The notes beneath the pieces were generated by a model, which was not told the origin of the DNA, did not search any database, and saw nothing but the letters and a program-made list of their open reading frames with translations. From a virus: a DNA stretch of 64,000 bases. Within the stretch, counting starts at the first letter, position 1. Each line of letters starts with the position of its first letter. The DNA is taken from positions 117,191 through 181,190 of the IMG/VR virus record IMGVR_UViG_3300001765_000030, one strand, 5' to 3'. Below, in pieces: positions 30,801 to 40,700 of this stretch. A program made the position numbers and the translations under genes.

Positions 30801-32314
30801 CGATCAATTTTAAACTTTTCAGCTAGCTCTGGAACTCTTACTAAGAATTTCTCCTTAACTTTATTCCATTTATTCGAACTACTGAATGCAGTTTTCTTAC
30901 GGTTGTCAAACTCTAATTCCGCATGTTTAGCAGATTTAAATATACCGGTTTTATGATCGAAATATTCCTCACCCTTACCACCTACAGCAGACAATATCTT
31001 TCCAAGGAATCCTGGAATAGCTTTAGTAACTGTACTGTAGAATTTCTGGTCAAATGTAGCTTTAGCATTAAGATCTTTAACGCCGAGATCTACATTTACA
31101 GCAGAAGATTCTCGTATACCAAGAGTAGATCCAATCATATTCAAAATAGGATTTTCACTATTCATCGCCATTGTAACAAATTTGTTATTCATGGCCCCCA
31201 TTAATCCACCGAATGAATCATTCAATGTATCTAATGAGGTTTTAGCTTGCTGATTGAGGAATAGACCTGGAATCATAGGCAAAAGAGTGCTCATAACCTG
31301 CTCACCAGCAGATTTCTTAGGACCCATTCCGTCTAACATCGACATAGTTCCTAAAGAACTCATTATCATCCCTATAGGAGATGACATGATCATATCGCCA
31401 ATGTTTTTTCCTACACCCTTACCATATTCTCCACCATCAAACCCACCGCCGAATATCTGACCAAGAACAGATCTTTCCCTATCAACTCGTTCGTTTGATG
31501 GAGTGAAAGTTTGCTCTTTGATTATATTCAATAATGACACTGTATCCTGTTGCATAGCGAGAGATTTCTCACTATACTCCATTTGAGCAGCAGCAGATTT
31601 TACTCCAATATCTCCAATGAATGCGGTAATTTTCGCAACGTTGGAATCAATACTAGCCAAGTAACCGACACTCTGCATATGTCTCGCAGTATCTCGATTC
31701 TCTTTGCCAGCATACATCTTCGTAGTCTGTTTAGTATTTGCTCTAAATATATTGAGATTTACATCAGTAAGAGCATTGGTTGAAGCAACTGTAGCATTGA
31801 CCATTTTCTTGGCACTAGCATTATTTGCATCTACAAATGCGCCTTCATCTGAACCAGATGAATCATCGTCAAAGTCTTCCATTCCCATATCGAACGAAAA
31901 CCCTTTGTTAGCTCCAAATGTCAAATCTCCACTGGTGATAGCCTTCTTCATATCTGTAAAGAATTCTTTTTGGAATTGTTTTACACTATCTTTAAAAGTC
32001 TTATCGCCCATCTTATCTTTAGCAAACTTTGTTGCAACATCAAGTTTAGCCGCAGCTTGTTCCTTGAGTTCATCCTTAGCAACTCCAAGTTCTCTAACAA
32101 TTCCCGTCATTTCTGGCAGGAACATGTCAACCGTTCCAGTTACAGCTTTTTTAGCAGATCCAAGAAGGTTTTTGGCATAGCTTTTGAATGTAACTTTCCC
32201 ATCGGAATCAGTTTGCGGATCGGAACCGAAATCATCCCCCATGGGGAAAAATTCGTCCATCCCGAGATCAAAATCATCTCCAAGATCATCGAATTCGTCG
32301 TCTACCTTACCCAT
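24872..32314 (-). CDS. Tape-measure-like large virion protein
   Basis: 2480 aa, Gly/Ala/Lys-rich helical composition with hydrophobic GxxG stretches; within the tail gene cluster. Confidence 0.7.
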   Translation of the reverse strand: MGKVDDEFDDLGDDFDLGMDEFFPMGDDFGSDPQTDSDGKVTFKSYAKNLLGSAKKAVTGTVDMFLPEMTGIVRELGVAKDELKEQAAAKLDVATKFAKDKMGDKTFKDSVKQFQKEFFTDMKKAITSGDLTFGANKGFSFDMGMEDFDDDSSGSDEGAFVDANNASAKKMVNATVASTNALTDVNLNIFRANTKQTTKMYAGKENRDTARHMQSVGYLASIDSNVAKITAFIGDIGVKSAAAQMEYSEKSLAMQQDTVSLLNIIKEQTFTPSNERVDRERSVLGQIFGGGFDGGEYGKGVGKNIGDMIMSSPIGMIMSSLGTMSMLDGMGPKKSAGEQVMSTLLPMIPGLFLNQQAKTSLDTLNDSFGGLMGAMNNKFVTMAMNSENPILNMIGSTLGIRESSAVNVDLGVKDLNAKATFDQKFYSTVTKAIPGFLGKILSAVGGKGEEYFDHKTGIFKSAKHAELEFDNRKKTAFSSSNKWNKVKEKFLVRVPELAEKFKIDRNTLSLDFETIFNNIATGTGEFTPGRVEKDEGYKKALLTGVQDERSLKIFQFAFQDKGKNGMAQVDQNYFALSLGDVQTKVKKFYKEEVPEMYDNAAGGSFLADKAYREQEEAAVRNIDTLDLSYKYIDKDGNITNQFAYNQNKIKRRKMEEEHALKYGGRSKVMEDFQTTDVGQEAADGRSGASPLNVLSNIYELMLEGIIVYPKKGVAEFAETKKVSHKEAARKSKEDSAIRDAEIQDKLDELMKQKLEAQLYQYTSGLSSKALLSQLDKKGGDKGLKGKVSRGVLKGTDSVEKMIHKLLFGDDMDFSESAESIVDKQNADIQRQLDNFTEMGFKGMVGAHENTNSDSKVLKKSRHEGNNEFDESIKGLRLGERLGKRAKRGLGQLGEDIHGRSVDTNLLENELNTQARNKPVPWDPKTEYFSGRQVIRNGAIYKALDTRKSKKGRNLGRDPENETDFWVFVSRYVDPNAPVANPGHGASEADYLGGFNTGSTPKPSSTTVNQTINSEDKTVHKLLGSIDSKVSSIFDLMKKGTSKRGTTKNKDIGFDQKSLITALESLQKSNEKDFQRVVDAVNDLNSGFQNNLEGLGKILMSLQLPGLPEDIIEKMKKAGLNIKIKGKGLFGRTSVEINKGTSKWIQRGRRFAKWTVSRFGDIGTGYTGVVKGGLVGLGGVLGAAGTAVGDFLGGSGDKTKYPNWNETESYKKGQGVSYKGKAYKSLLPKGKNIGLKPKDTPEAWECVGKLSKTGGLIRGIGDGFGKAFSATAGFYGSILSGAGDALKGSGTGKHIPWDETESYKKGRIVSYKGKAYKNLLPKGKNIGLNPKNTPEAWELIGNIKGGLIQRVAGGIADAGGAITTAFGKAAPGLGVAGGNIAKWFSSIPGFAGDVTSGIGQRLKKMIAGKDPEAGLEKFDSPEDALNGGKEYTQKEALNILVGEVQAIRSKLLGKQKNWAQRTFDGPLGNILGAVQEGAKGGLGAIGDVLSKITGSTKKSVPEDSNKTGLNREGSSQDQERDQKEEDKAASEKKMADTLVEIRDNLKEQRKSRKKDQEDLIKGFEKSEIGKNLEDIERNVLISGAGGLLGGGGIGGKFSKFAKGAKIAGKIGLGAAAVGVTAYAGKKLYEKSNSQSSKEVFEDGTVGDRISHQTGTSGSSSFSSSGREMSESEKSARSTSVFKARAPMLMALGFGYKKLFSGLGDVGKAGVNIAKRGIDAGKKIPVVKNIISKLEDLVQKVLKSKQVMKITKGKFGTAVLQAVKSIINPKVLASPAASKGILKSLAKYAGGPVGIALLVNDFITGMDSANRYFELGRGAKVSFGMRLTAGVANMLSCLLFGFIPSAKIAKMIFGLLGNAGEKEFAADFQVFMGKKATILRVEHKRLMEYETKNFWERIFGSKKSNSKLLNFKTIGDFEEWLEKIYKPVEDLRKKIAKPYGGDDVVNAIPKNENHEAKINNFRSEFLKAAESLVKGVKLVAASVKTPEDEKAMTSKEPVDAIDEKAIKPTTPVASVTPAVTTASVAASAAVDTPTPPNVAKKPGASPVAAPTGPKKAAVDPKANDKGRKKIDEINESVGVDKAKDIKPSKGDVAKVASVGIVSKSIDKASQSKKSEPKDVGNITSTTEKKVENSPVADNMMNMSNAINTELGALKAIYAEQSRHNIIDESMTSKLVELLTILVDNSKATYDSDISRNEILAKQLLAEVDPKSRKRLLDEQKKANKAPSLMEKFKGLFGDSDLNQDGKSDTFGEKFKSAFGGGGGDTGSMSFQETGEGTGMTDSSGQVIDLANGDQKLLGDGSLDDGKTAEQNAPTGTGGGQIGDLKSQAAIDKYKQQNKVTTFKGNAIVEDPKKLSDWIQKSISGWGATHEKAGTVAMNFEGTKIGDVTYYTPKNKKGDIITMRKFLNGDVEYGIDNSQADAFRISAEGRIFGKDVKTAVLRENYSDNTKKSGTAKAAPVATGSKNTPTKEALDKSVATGKSK
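28304..28709 (-). repeat. Intragenic direct repeat (~125 bp, 279-bp period) encoding a CBM5/12-like module
   Basis: 28304-28430 vs 28583-28709; WNETESYKKGQGVSYKGKAYK / WDETESYKKGRIVSYKGKAYK. Confidence 0.9.
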
Positions 32315-32326
32315 ACTATACCTTTA

Positions 32327-33025
32327 TTATTTCTGATTTATCATGAAACGTTCCTTAAGTTTCTCAACTATAAGTTCCTGTAAATTGATATCTCCTAAAG
32401 ATTTTATCTTCAGATTAGATATAAGTACTGGAGTATATTTGACAAGCTCAGGAACCTTATCAGGATCTGTTTTTCCGAATACTACAAACTCTTCTATTTT
32501 ACCACGAACTTCGTCATCAACCCATTCAGCGTATTCTGTCATGAATCGTCTCCAATTTCCTTCAACCATTCGAGCATGTACTCTAAGTTCTCCGGAATGA
32601 ATAAGCTGATGCGCTGTAGGGTTAACTGGTACTAATCCTACAAGAAATTCGTAATGTAATAGATTTACTTCTTCTTCAACTCTCCAAGGTTCGATATGAG
32701 GATCTTCAGTATCCATAGCATAGAATTTTCTAGCTACAGCGTATGTTATATCAAAGAGAGTTAAAGGAGCATGATGCAATTCAATTGTAAAACCATTTTC
32801 CATAGAGTAATCTTTATAGAATGAACAATGACTAATATTCATAGTCTTTTTCATATAATCAATAAGATTGCGATATTCAATAGTTTTACGTACACGATTA
32901 GTTATATACTTGACAAGAGGTTCATCAAGTACACGATATTTACCATCATATGAAGGACATGGTAAATCTTCGTAACTATACACTTTTGGCACAATTACAG
33001 GTTTATTTTCGTTTTCACTACTCAT
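32327..33025 (-). CDS. HNH-like protein
   Basis: 'IELHHAP...LVPVNPTAHQLIH' beta-beta-alpha-metal-like pattern. Confidence 0.55.
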   Translation of the reverse strand: MSSENENKPVIVPKVYSYEDLPCPSYDGKYRVLDEPLVKYITNRVRKTIEYRNLIDYMKKTMNISHCSFYKDYSMENGFTIELHHAPLTLFDITYAVARKFYAMDTEDPHIEPWRVEEEVNLLHYEFLVGLVPVNPTAHQLIHSGELRVHARMVEGNWRRFMTEYAEWVDDEVRGKIEEFVVFGKTDPDKVPELVKYTPVLISNLKIKSLGDINLQELIVEKLKERFMINQK

Positions 33026-33045
33026 AATATTTCCTTTTATTATTT

Positions 33046-33060
33046 TACATTATTATGTCT
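33046..33060 (-). promoter_or_regulatory. Late-type promoter variant
   Basis: AGACATAATAATGTA upstream of the tail operon. Confidence 0.5.
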
Positions 33061-33153
33061 CTTGCATATTCTTATCATTTAATATTTTAAAAATTTTATC
33101 ATGTCTATATTAAGTAATGATATAAACTAATTTCATTTATCTTGGGGGATAAC

Positions 33154-33468
33154 ATGATGAATTACATTGATGTCGAGGATTTGAAAACTCAAATTCATGA
33201 GACGTTTCAGATTAATGTTGACGAAGAATCTTTTATAAGATTCTACAACCACATTGCGCACATGTGGAAATCTGTGCAAGAGTTTCGCGATACACACATT
33301 AGAAACATCCATGGCGAAGATGCTTCTATATATGTTGTGGACGACATATGTGTAAGTATTGAAGAATATGTTAGACAATGCGATATAAATCGCATTGTTA
33401 ACAGTCTCGCGACGTATGAGATTGAGCACAAAACTTCAATGCGTGAAGCATATGAAGAGTGTGCATAA
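33154..33468 (+). CDS. Hypothetical protein
   Basis: ORF track; GGGGGA SD; upstream promoter-like box. Confidence 0.7.
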   Translation: MMNYIDVEDLKTQIHETFQINVDEESFIRFYNHIAHMWKSVQEFRDTHIRNIHGEDASIYVVDDICVSIEEYVRQCDINRIVNSLATYEIEHKTSMREAYEECA

Positions 33469-33495
33469 AGATATGGGGATCTCTCCCCATATCTT
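33468..33495. terminator. Bidirectional terminator
   Basis: AAGATATGGGGA/TCCCCATATCTT plus T-run on +. Confidence 0.8.
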
Positions 33496-33504
33496 TTTTT
33501 GTCT

Positions 33505-35382
33505 TTAGCGACTACGGGCAGCATTATAAATGGTACTATCACCAGGCATAACACTAAGGAATTGGTTAGAAGCCACAAGGTTTCCAACAGTTCCAAATAC
33601 AGCAGACATCAGCTCAAGATCAGTATTTCCAGGAACGATAGGTGTTGGAACATCATCGCTCAAAGAAGAGATCTTTCCAGATACAAGGTTAAATACCGCA
33701 GGAGCTTCCTCGACAGAATCTTCATATACAGATTTAACGATTGCATTGTACACAGATGTATCTTTTCCAACCATGTTACCGACTGCAGTAAGGTATGCTG
33801 TAGAGAATGCGTCATCAACAAATTCAAGAATATCAGAAATGATACGCTTCAAATTTTCAGGATCATTTCCGACGATAACGTGTTTATCTTTAGCAATAAG
33901 TGCAGTTACAACTTCATTGATGATCTCATCCTTATGGAATTTGATCGCATGAGAAACAGATACGTTACCACCGAGAGAGAACCCGTAAGTAGTTGCAGAT
34001 TCACATGCCGCTTTCACGTCATCATAAATAAGCTTCTTAGCACGACGTTCTTTATCGCTTACGCCACCAACTTTAATCATATTCATGTCGCTATTAAGCA
34101 TAGCAATACGGCGTTTGTGAGATTCTACGCTAGAGAAAGCAAGAATGCCTTCATTAGATTCGATCTCTTTGATACGCTCTTCGATATGTTTAATACGTTC
34201 ATGGATAACAGTCTGATCACCTGCACCACGACGGATACGGGTACTAAGCTGCGTACCTTTAAACTCTGCGGCAGAACCAAGGAATTTTTCAATGAATTCA
34301 ACGTTGTTTTTGAATTCAAGAACTTTACCTTTACGAGTATCCGCAACGTTACAACCAAGGATAATACGAAGATCTTCAAGACGATCTTTTGATTTTTCAC
34401 TACCAGTGTCAATCATAAGTGCCGCAAGAGGTTCTTTCGCATGCTGATACTGAACGTTATTGTTACCAGTGAATGGATAATCGATACAACGTTTCTGAAT
34501 CTCCATACGCACAGGCTGATCATAGTCTTTTGCAACAATAACAAGAGGTTTTTTCTTGTCATAGATTACATAGTCAATGATCTTATTGAGGTTAGGAAGA
34601 TCGTTTTCTGTCAGTGGACCGTTTACAAGGAAGAAGTGAGGATTTTCAAGTCGACATGTAATACGGTCAACGTGGTTTGCCATGACCGGATCAATGAATC
34701 CTGCACCAAATTCGAAGCCCATTTCTTCTTCAACAATAGTTTCATCACCAGTTCCCTGTTCAACTGTGATATAAACGTGGTTTGTTGCACGTTTAATATA
34801 CAAATCCGCAACACGGTTTGCAATTTCAAGATTGTTATTTGAAGATGTTTTCGCAACATGACGGATAAGATCGTTTTCTCTTTCACGAGTCATATTCTTA
34901 AGGATGTAAAGACCTTCTTTTGTAAGAAGAACTTTCTCAAGAACGATACGAATCTCTTCAAGGATAGAGATGAAAGAAATCGGAGGAAGGATACAACCGA
35001 TACTTGGATGAGCCTGACGAATGTCATAGTTTTTAAGAAGCTCATACAGTCTGTAACCGATAATGATACCGGAAGTCGTACTGTCACCAAGTTCATTATT
35101 CATACGTTTTGAGATATCCATAATGATAAGAGAGATGAAGAATTTCAACTGGTCATTGAATTTGTATTCACTAACCACAGTAAATCCATCTTTCGTAGGG
35201 TATACAGGAACTGCGGCATCGATGTTTGATACCATAGTATATCCGCCGCCAGGCCCAAGAGTGTTTGCAATACTTTCAGCCATATGTTTGAAAGTAAAGT
35301 CTACAACTTCATGGAATTTTTCACTACCTACGATATTTTTATCGTTAAGAACTTCTGAGATTTCACGCATTGGTTTTGACAT
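33505..35382 (-). CDS. groEL: Phage GroEL-like chaperonin
   Basis: ESIANTLGPGG, TKDGFTV, LGDSTTSG (GDGTTT variant), GFIDP; 625 aa. Confidence 0.92.
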   Translation of the reverse strand: MSKPMREISEVLNDKNIVGSEKFHEVVDFTFKHMAESIANTLGPGGGYTMVSNIDAAVPVYPTKDGFTVVSEYKFNDQLKFFISLIIMDISKRMNNELGDSTTSGIIIGYRLYELLKNYDIRQAHPSIGCILPPISFISILEEIRIVLEKVLLTKEGLYILKNMTRERENDLIRHVAKTSSNNNLEIANRVADLYIKRATNHVYITVEQGTGDETIVEEEMGFEFGAGFIDPVMANHVDRITCRLENPHFFLVNGPLTENDLPNLNKIIDYVIYDKKKPLVIVAKDYDQPVRMEIQKRCIDYPFTGNNNVQYQHAKEPLAALMIDTGSEKSKDRLEDLRIILGCNVADTRKGKVLEFKNNVEFIEKFLGSAAEFKGTQLSTRIRRGAGDQTVIHERIKHIEERIKEIESNEGILAFSSVESHKRRIAMLNSDMNMIKVGGVSDKERRAKKLIYDDVKAACESATTYGFSLGGNVSVSHAIKFHKDEIINEVVTALIAKDKHVIVGNDPENLKRIISDILEFVDDAFSTAYLTAVGNMVGKDTSVYNAIVKSVYEDSVEEAPAVFNLVSGKISSLSDDVPTPIVPGNTDLELMSAVFGTVGNLVASNQFLSVMPGDSTIYNAARSR

Positions 35383-35735
35383 TATTTCTTTTCCTTTGGA
35401 GTTGTTTCTTCATGTTTAAATCCTACAACGATTGTTTTATTCGTTGTAGTAATGTGAGGATCTTTACAGTTATCCGTGATAAGTTCTCTAAACTTATTCG
35501 CGTCAGTAATAGATTCCCCAGGTATTTCGAATGAAATATTGTGCTTTTCATCCACTACAGCTTTAGGAACGATTATATTCGCAGCATCTGTTGCCTTCTG
35601 AAAATGAGAAAGCCCATTAAACATTCCGGTAACATCTCCTACACATTTTCTGTGAAGGATCTCTTTATTTCCTCCACTACCATTCACGACATCCTGCGCA
35701 AATTGAGTTAATGTTGGTTTTTGTTCTTTATTCAT
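35382..35735 (-). CDS. Hypothetical protein, translationally coupled to groEL
   Basis: TAATG stop/start overlap at 35382. Confidence 0.75.
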   Translation of the reverse strand: MNKEQKPTLTQFAQDVVNGSGGNKEILHRKCVGDVTGMFNGLSHFQKATDAANIIVPKAVVDEKHNISFEIPGESITDANKFRELITDNCKDPHITTTNKTIVVGFKHEETTPKEKK

Positions 35736-35743
35736 GTTATCCT

Positions 35744-35968
35744 CTAGGGAGCGAATGCTCCTATCAATTTATCGAAACCGTCGGTATTAAGGGTCTTACG
35801 CTCTATATTTTGGAGTCTAGCTTTGACCATAGCTCTCATCATCGGCACGTCCATATACAAGATATCGTTAAAAGAGAGTCGTCCACTGAACAACTCTCCT
35901 ACTGAATCTAACATAGATGCGAAAGATAGCCTTACATCAGTATTGGCTTCTTTCATTTCATCTGTCAT
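35744..35968 (-). CDS. Tail-assembly chaperone, downstream (GT/gp51-like) segment
   Basis: 'LSFNDILYMDVPMMRAMVKARLQ'; in the -1 frame of the upstream gene and open back to a T6 run. Confidence 0.65.
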   Translation of the reverse strand: MTDEMKEANTDVRLSFASMLDSVGELFSGRLSFNDILYMDVPMMRAMVKARLQNIERKTLNTDGFDKLIGAFAP

Positions 35969-37659
35969 GTAGTCATTACGAAATCTTCCAGACCTGCGGC
36001 CCTCGAAAAAAGTATCTCTCTCATGTCAAGAGCAGTTTCACGTTGTGTAGAACCACACTTAGGACACTTACTGTTTCTTACACGGAACTGAATACCTTCT
36101 TTGATCATATACTTGCGAATCTCTGTACCAGACGAGAGTACTTTGAAATCGTCAACTGTAAGATCATTGATAAGTCCTGGAATAAATCTAGGATCCGCAT
36201 CACCATAACGAGCAATAATTTTTGCACTATTACCGTCAGGGTTCTTAACTTCTTTAAAGATAGGAACGTGAATCTTACGCACATACATACCATATTTGTA
36301 GATAAGGACGCGAGCGGCTTCTTTTTTAGAAAGACCTTCAACTGCCATATCGGAGATAGGATACAATACGCTACGAAGAGTACTATCCGGGACATCGTTT
36401 TCCTGTTTAAGGTATTTAAGATATGCCAACACTTCATCCATGTTAGGAATACCTTGGAATACACGCATTTTGGAATCAGGAAGGAAATTACGAAGATCAT
36501 CAGTTTCAGGAAGATTTCCGTTTACAACTTGAATAAGCTTTTCAGCTACTTCATAAGCTTTGATATTTTCTCTAGGATAACCATTACGGATATCAGAAAT
36601 CGTTGCACCAGAGATATCATCAGCAGATGGATCAGCTACGAATGTAATTGCAGTGTTTTCGCGCTTTTCACGTACAAGGTGATTACATTTCGCATTGTCA
36701 CATGTTGCAGAATATGAATTGATACCAGGATAGTTTACATTGTACATTCCCCAGTATATACACCATATATCAGGAAGTTTAATGTTTTTCAACCATTCAT
36801 TGAAAGTAAGATTCTTCTTGAACGAGTTATTCACAGTGTGTTTAAATGCACTGTAAAGTTCCATTTCAATCTGTTCAACGAAACTTACTTCATGACCTTC
36901 ACGGTTGAGATCAAGGAAGTCTTTATTTGTATAGGTAGAGATATCATAGAAGATACCAGAATATGGCATTACTACGCGACTAATACCTCTTGGACCAACG
37001 ATAGATGACGGACCTGCAGCAGTTTTATTGAAATATTGTTCAATAATATCCTGTTGAGATTCCGAGTCATCAATTGCGAAAACTTTAACATTTGAAGATG
37101 GTTTAAACGCGGACAATGCACGAGCACCTTTACGTTCACCGATTGTACCGATTTTAAGAGGTTCCTGAATGATTTCAGTTTCCATTTCGATTGGAACTAA
37201 TTCACCTTCAACTTCAACGCTGAGTTCGTGAGAATCGTCCTGATCACCATCATCTTTGAAAACATCATCGATAACGTCATCTTCAGAAAGAACTTCAAAG
37301 TCTTCATCATCACCGAAATCATCCTCTACAGGTACTACTGTAGGTTTTGCTTCATCGATGATTACCGTGTTTTCGAGTTCCGCGGAAATTTCTTGGACCG
37401 CAGCAGACGGCTTCTTTTTCTCCGCAGTCGCTCGCCCTCTCGTACTACTTGCTTTGACGACAGGGCTCTTAGCGACGACTTCCACACTTCCGCCAACGTC
37501 GCCAAGAATACTTTGACCTCCGGAAAGATCAATCTCGCCAATAGCAATAGGAGTGTTATCAGGATTAGTATCTGCAGGCATTGACGAATTTCCATTATCT
37601 GTCTCCTGTTTTCTTTGCGCAGCTTTAAATGCTGCTAGATCCGGTTTCTTTGTATTCAC
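35965..37659 (-). CDS. Tail-assembly / baseplate-hub assembly chaperone (T4 gp26/gp51-like)
   Basis: CDNAKC and CPKCG Zn-type motifs, acidic disordered N-terminus, upstream of tape measure. Confidence 0.6.
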   Translation of the reverse strand: MNTKKPDLAAFKAAQRKQETDNGNSSMPADTNPDNTPIAIGEIDLSGGQSILGDVGGSVEVVAKSPVVKASSTRGRATAEKKKPSAAVQEISAELENTVIIDEAKPTVVPVEDDFGDDEDFEVLSEDDVIDDVFKDDGDQDDSHELSVEVEGELVPIEMETEIIQEPLKIGTIGERKGARALSAFKPSSNVKVFAIDDSESQQDIIEQYFNKTAAGPSSIVGPRGISRVVMPYSGIFYDISTYTNKDFLDLNREGHEVSFVEQIEMELYSAFKHTVNNSFKKNLTFNEWLKNIKLPDIWCIYWGMYNVNYPGINSYSATCDNAKCNHLVREKRENTAITFVADPSADDISGATISDIRNGYPRENIKAYEVAEKLIQVVNGNLPETDDLRNFLPDSKMRVFQGIPNMDEVLAYLKYLKQENDVPDSTLRSVLYPISDMAVEGLSKKEAARVLIYKYGMYVRKIHVPIFKEVKNPDGNSAKIIARYGDADPRFIPGLINDLTVDDFKVLSSGTEIRKYMIKEGIQFRVRNSKCPKCGSTQRETALDMREILFSRAAGLEDFVMTT

Positions 37660-37735
37660 GCATAACTCCTGCTTATAGGGGTAATTTAACTCAGTAGCTT
37701 GTTCAACGCGTAATAAATAATAAAATATATAGTAA

Positions 37736-37760
37736 TATAGTGGGGAATATCCCCACTATA
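37736..37760. terminator. Hairpin after portal gene
   Basis: Identical 25-mer to 11458-11482. Confidence 0.8.
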
Positions 37761-37779
37761 TACTTAATATCACATGTGG

Positions 37780-40700
37780 TTAGAAATATTCTCCATCCTT
37801 AGGTTTGGAGTCAGGATCATCTCCTCCAGAGTTATCTCCTCCGGAAGATTCATCTCCTCCAAAGTCGTCACCGTTATCAGAGTCACCACCACTATCGCCG
37901 CCACCAAAGTCAAAATCCCCACCACTATCATCGTCGCCACCATCATCGTCGCTACCATAATCACTATCTCCACTTCCAGAATCGTCTTCGCCATCAATAG
38001 TTGGCTGGTTAAATTTCTCAAATTCTGCAGTAACTTTAGGAGTAAGTGCTCTAGCTTCATCAATGATTCTGTCAATACGTTCCCAGTCAGTAGAAGATGA
38101 AAGATCTTTCATAAGAAGTTTACGAGTTACCATCATCAGGATAGGCCACTCTTTATTCTCATGGGAATCATCACCATAATACATCTTGATAATATCGTCA
38201 ACAAGAGCTGAAGTAGATGAAATCTCTTCAGAAATCTTATTAACTGTAAGATCTTTAGGAGGCGTAAACGCAAAGTTAATCTTTTTGATATCAATATTGA
38301 TCTCATTTTGATTAACTTTTTTGTCAACAGTATCTGAAGCAGCTCCATCTAATGAAGGGAACTTGATATCAGAATAGTTTACAAGAAGCTTAATAGCCTT
38401 TGTAACAAATTTAGAATAATTGACACCTCTATCTACGATAAGATTTCGGAAGTCAATTCGATGCTGCGTCATAGATGCTACATATTCATCTTGACTCAAC
38501 ATATCCAAACTTGATGGAGGAACACCAATCTTCATTACAGCAGATTTAAGTCTATCTCCAGTATATTCATCATCAATCTCAACATCATTGACTTTTTCAA
38601 CATTCGTGATATCGAACAATTTTTCACCATCGACTACAGGAATTGTAATCGTCTTAAAGTTACCAACAGATCTTACAATACTATCGGTTCCACCGAACAA
38701 GGTTCTTGCAGAGATATTACGCGTTGAAGAGTTTCGAATGATACTACCGATAGTAGTTCCAATCTCTTTACTCTTACCGACATTAATCTCCATAACTTCA
38801 ACATTACTAGACTTCATAACCTTCATCATAAGAGATGAAACGAGAGATGAAATATAGCTATAACAAGTAAAAAGCGTACCATTGAATACACTAACAGGAT
38901 AACCATCAGCATCCAATTCTCTACTCATATATACCATATGAGATTCAGGAATGAATGTAAATCTAATGTTATTTCTGAAGAGTACATCGTCTCTTATAAG
39001 ATTCATAAGAGCGCTTTGGAATGTGCCATTATCGATAAGACTATCGTCCCCAAGTCGTTTTGTAATAGTTTTGATAAGAACGGATTTGAGCAGTTCAACC
39101 TTTTTATTACTTTGACCTGTAGTACCATAGATATTTCCATTCGCATTACCGTTAAGAACGGGAGATACTACTGAAGATGGGGAGAATACTCCAGAAGAGA
39201 AAGGATTTCCTCCATCTGCTCCACCTACACCACCACCTCTAGTTGCAGCAGCATCGTCACCATATCCCAAACGTTTAACGATATCAAGGAAAGAACCACG
39301 ATCTTTCTTCATACCAGTGAAACCATCCATTGACGTTCTAAGATATTCTACAACGTAATACCCGTAATGTGTTCCACCATTAGCGATTGGAATAACATGC
39401 TCTGGTTCATACTCAGTAAGAATAGCTCTTCGGTTATGGATAGCTTTCGCATATTCATCAGGTTTAATTGGATCGATATCAAGTTCGATTTCAAACCCAT
39501 TAATATTTATGGCACGCTTAGAATCAGCAACATTTCCAGCAGCTTTTATACTATCGTTTTGACGATAGAAATCCTCAATGATACCCTTATCAATTTCATG
39601 AGCTTTATTGGCATAGAAAGTATTTTTAATGGTTTTAGCACCTTGGTAAAGGTGTCCTTTTTTAGGATCCATAACTTCAACACTTCTATCGAAAGCAACT
39701 ACCAATTCACGAAGTTGTTTCTTAAGCTCAGTAGATCTAGTTTTTCTATTAGCAGGTTTAGATATAGCTTCATTAAATGATTCCATACTAGTTGCCATTT
39801 TAGAAATTGAAGCTCTATCATGCATTTTATTGATTTTAGATTCAATAAAGTTTTCACGAATTTCTTCAAGACAAACAGATTCATACTCATCCAAGAGATC
39901 ATCAGTGATAATGGAATCCACATATGGATCGATTTCACTCTCAACAGACCGAGTAGTTTCAGATTTATCAATATCACTTGAGAAGCTTTCTGTAGAGAAC
40001 TTATCATAGCTATCGTAAGCATGCGATATTGGAGATTTGATTTTGAATGATTCAATACTAATAAGATTAGTGACGTCATATGGAATCAAATTCTCTCTAG
40101 TATACGCTCCACCTTCTTTACGTTTCTTAATCTCATGATTCAGTAAGAATAATACGTCGTCTTGAGGAAGTACACTGAAAGGTTTAACTCCACTAATTTC
40201 AGATACCATCAACCATCTACGAATTTTAGATTCAAAATCGTATTCATCGAGGAGATCTTTAATCTTACCCTCGATAGCAGTTTTGCGCTGATCATCATCA
40301 TCTTCATAGAAATTTGTAATAAATCTATGACTAAATTCGTCACGGTTTATCACATCTTTAACAATGATCTCGACAGCTTTACCAAGTTCAGGAATAATAT
40401 CTGCAATTTTACCATATTCTGGCATGAGAGCGAATTTATTGGCACTCTCAGCCATCAACTCTTCTACAGAAGAATGGTCGTTAAGTCTGTCAAGTGTATT
40501 ATCGCTCAATTCCTGATCATAAATACTATGAGAACCGGAAGGATTGGTCATTACATTAGACTGTTTAACACCCTTTAACAGGTTAACCTTTTCTTCATCG
40601 CGTAATGCACTTGTGATAATCTTAACGTATTCTATTACTTGAGAACCTTTCCCAACTCCAATAGAATCGTTATGTCTAGAACTAGCCAACTTATCAGCTA

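Noticed and set aside
33499-34392. 297-aa + strand ORF and other long antisense ORFs over groEL, portal and tape measure
   Set aside because: Shadow frames of strongly codon-biased genes; no SD, promoter motif or protein-like composition
35382-35735. 117-aa ORF as GroES
   Set aside because: Lacks the GroES PLxDRV start and mobile-loop GGI motif; left as unknown
11458-37760. Identical 25-bp palindromes as CRISPR repeats or IS ends
   Set aside because: 26 kb apart, no spacer array or transposase; each sits at a gene 3' end like a terminator
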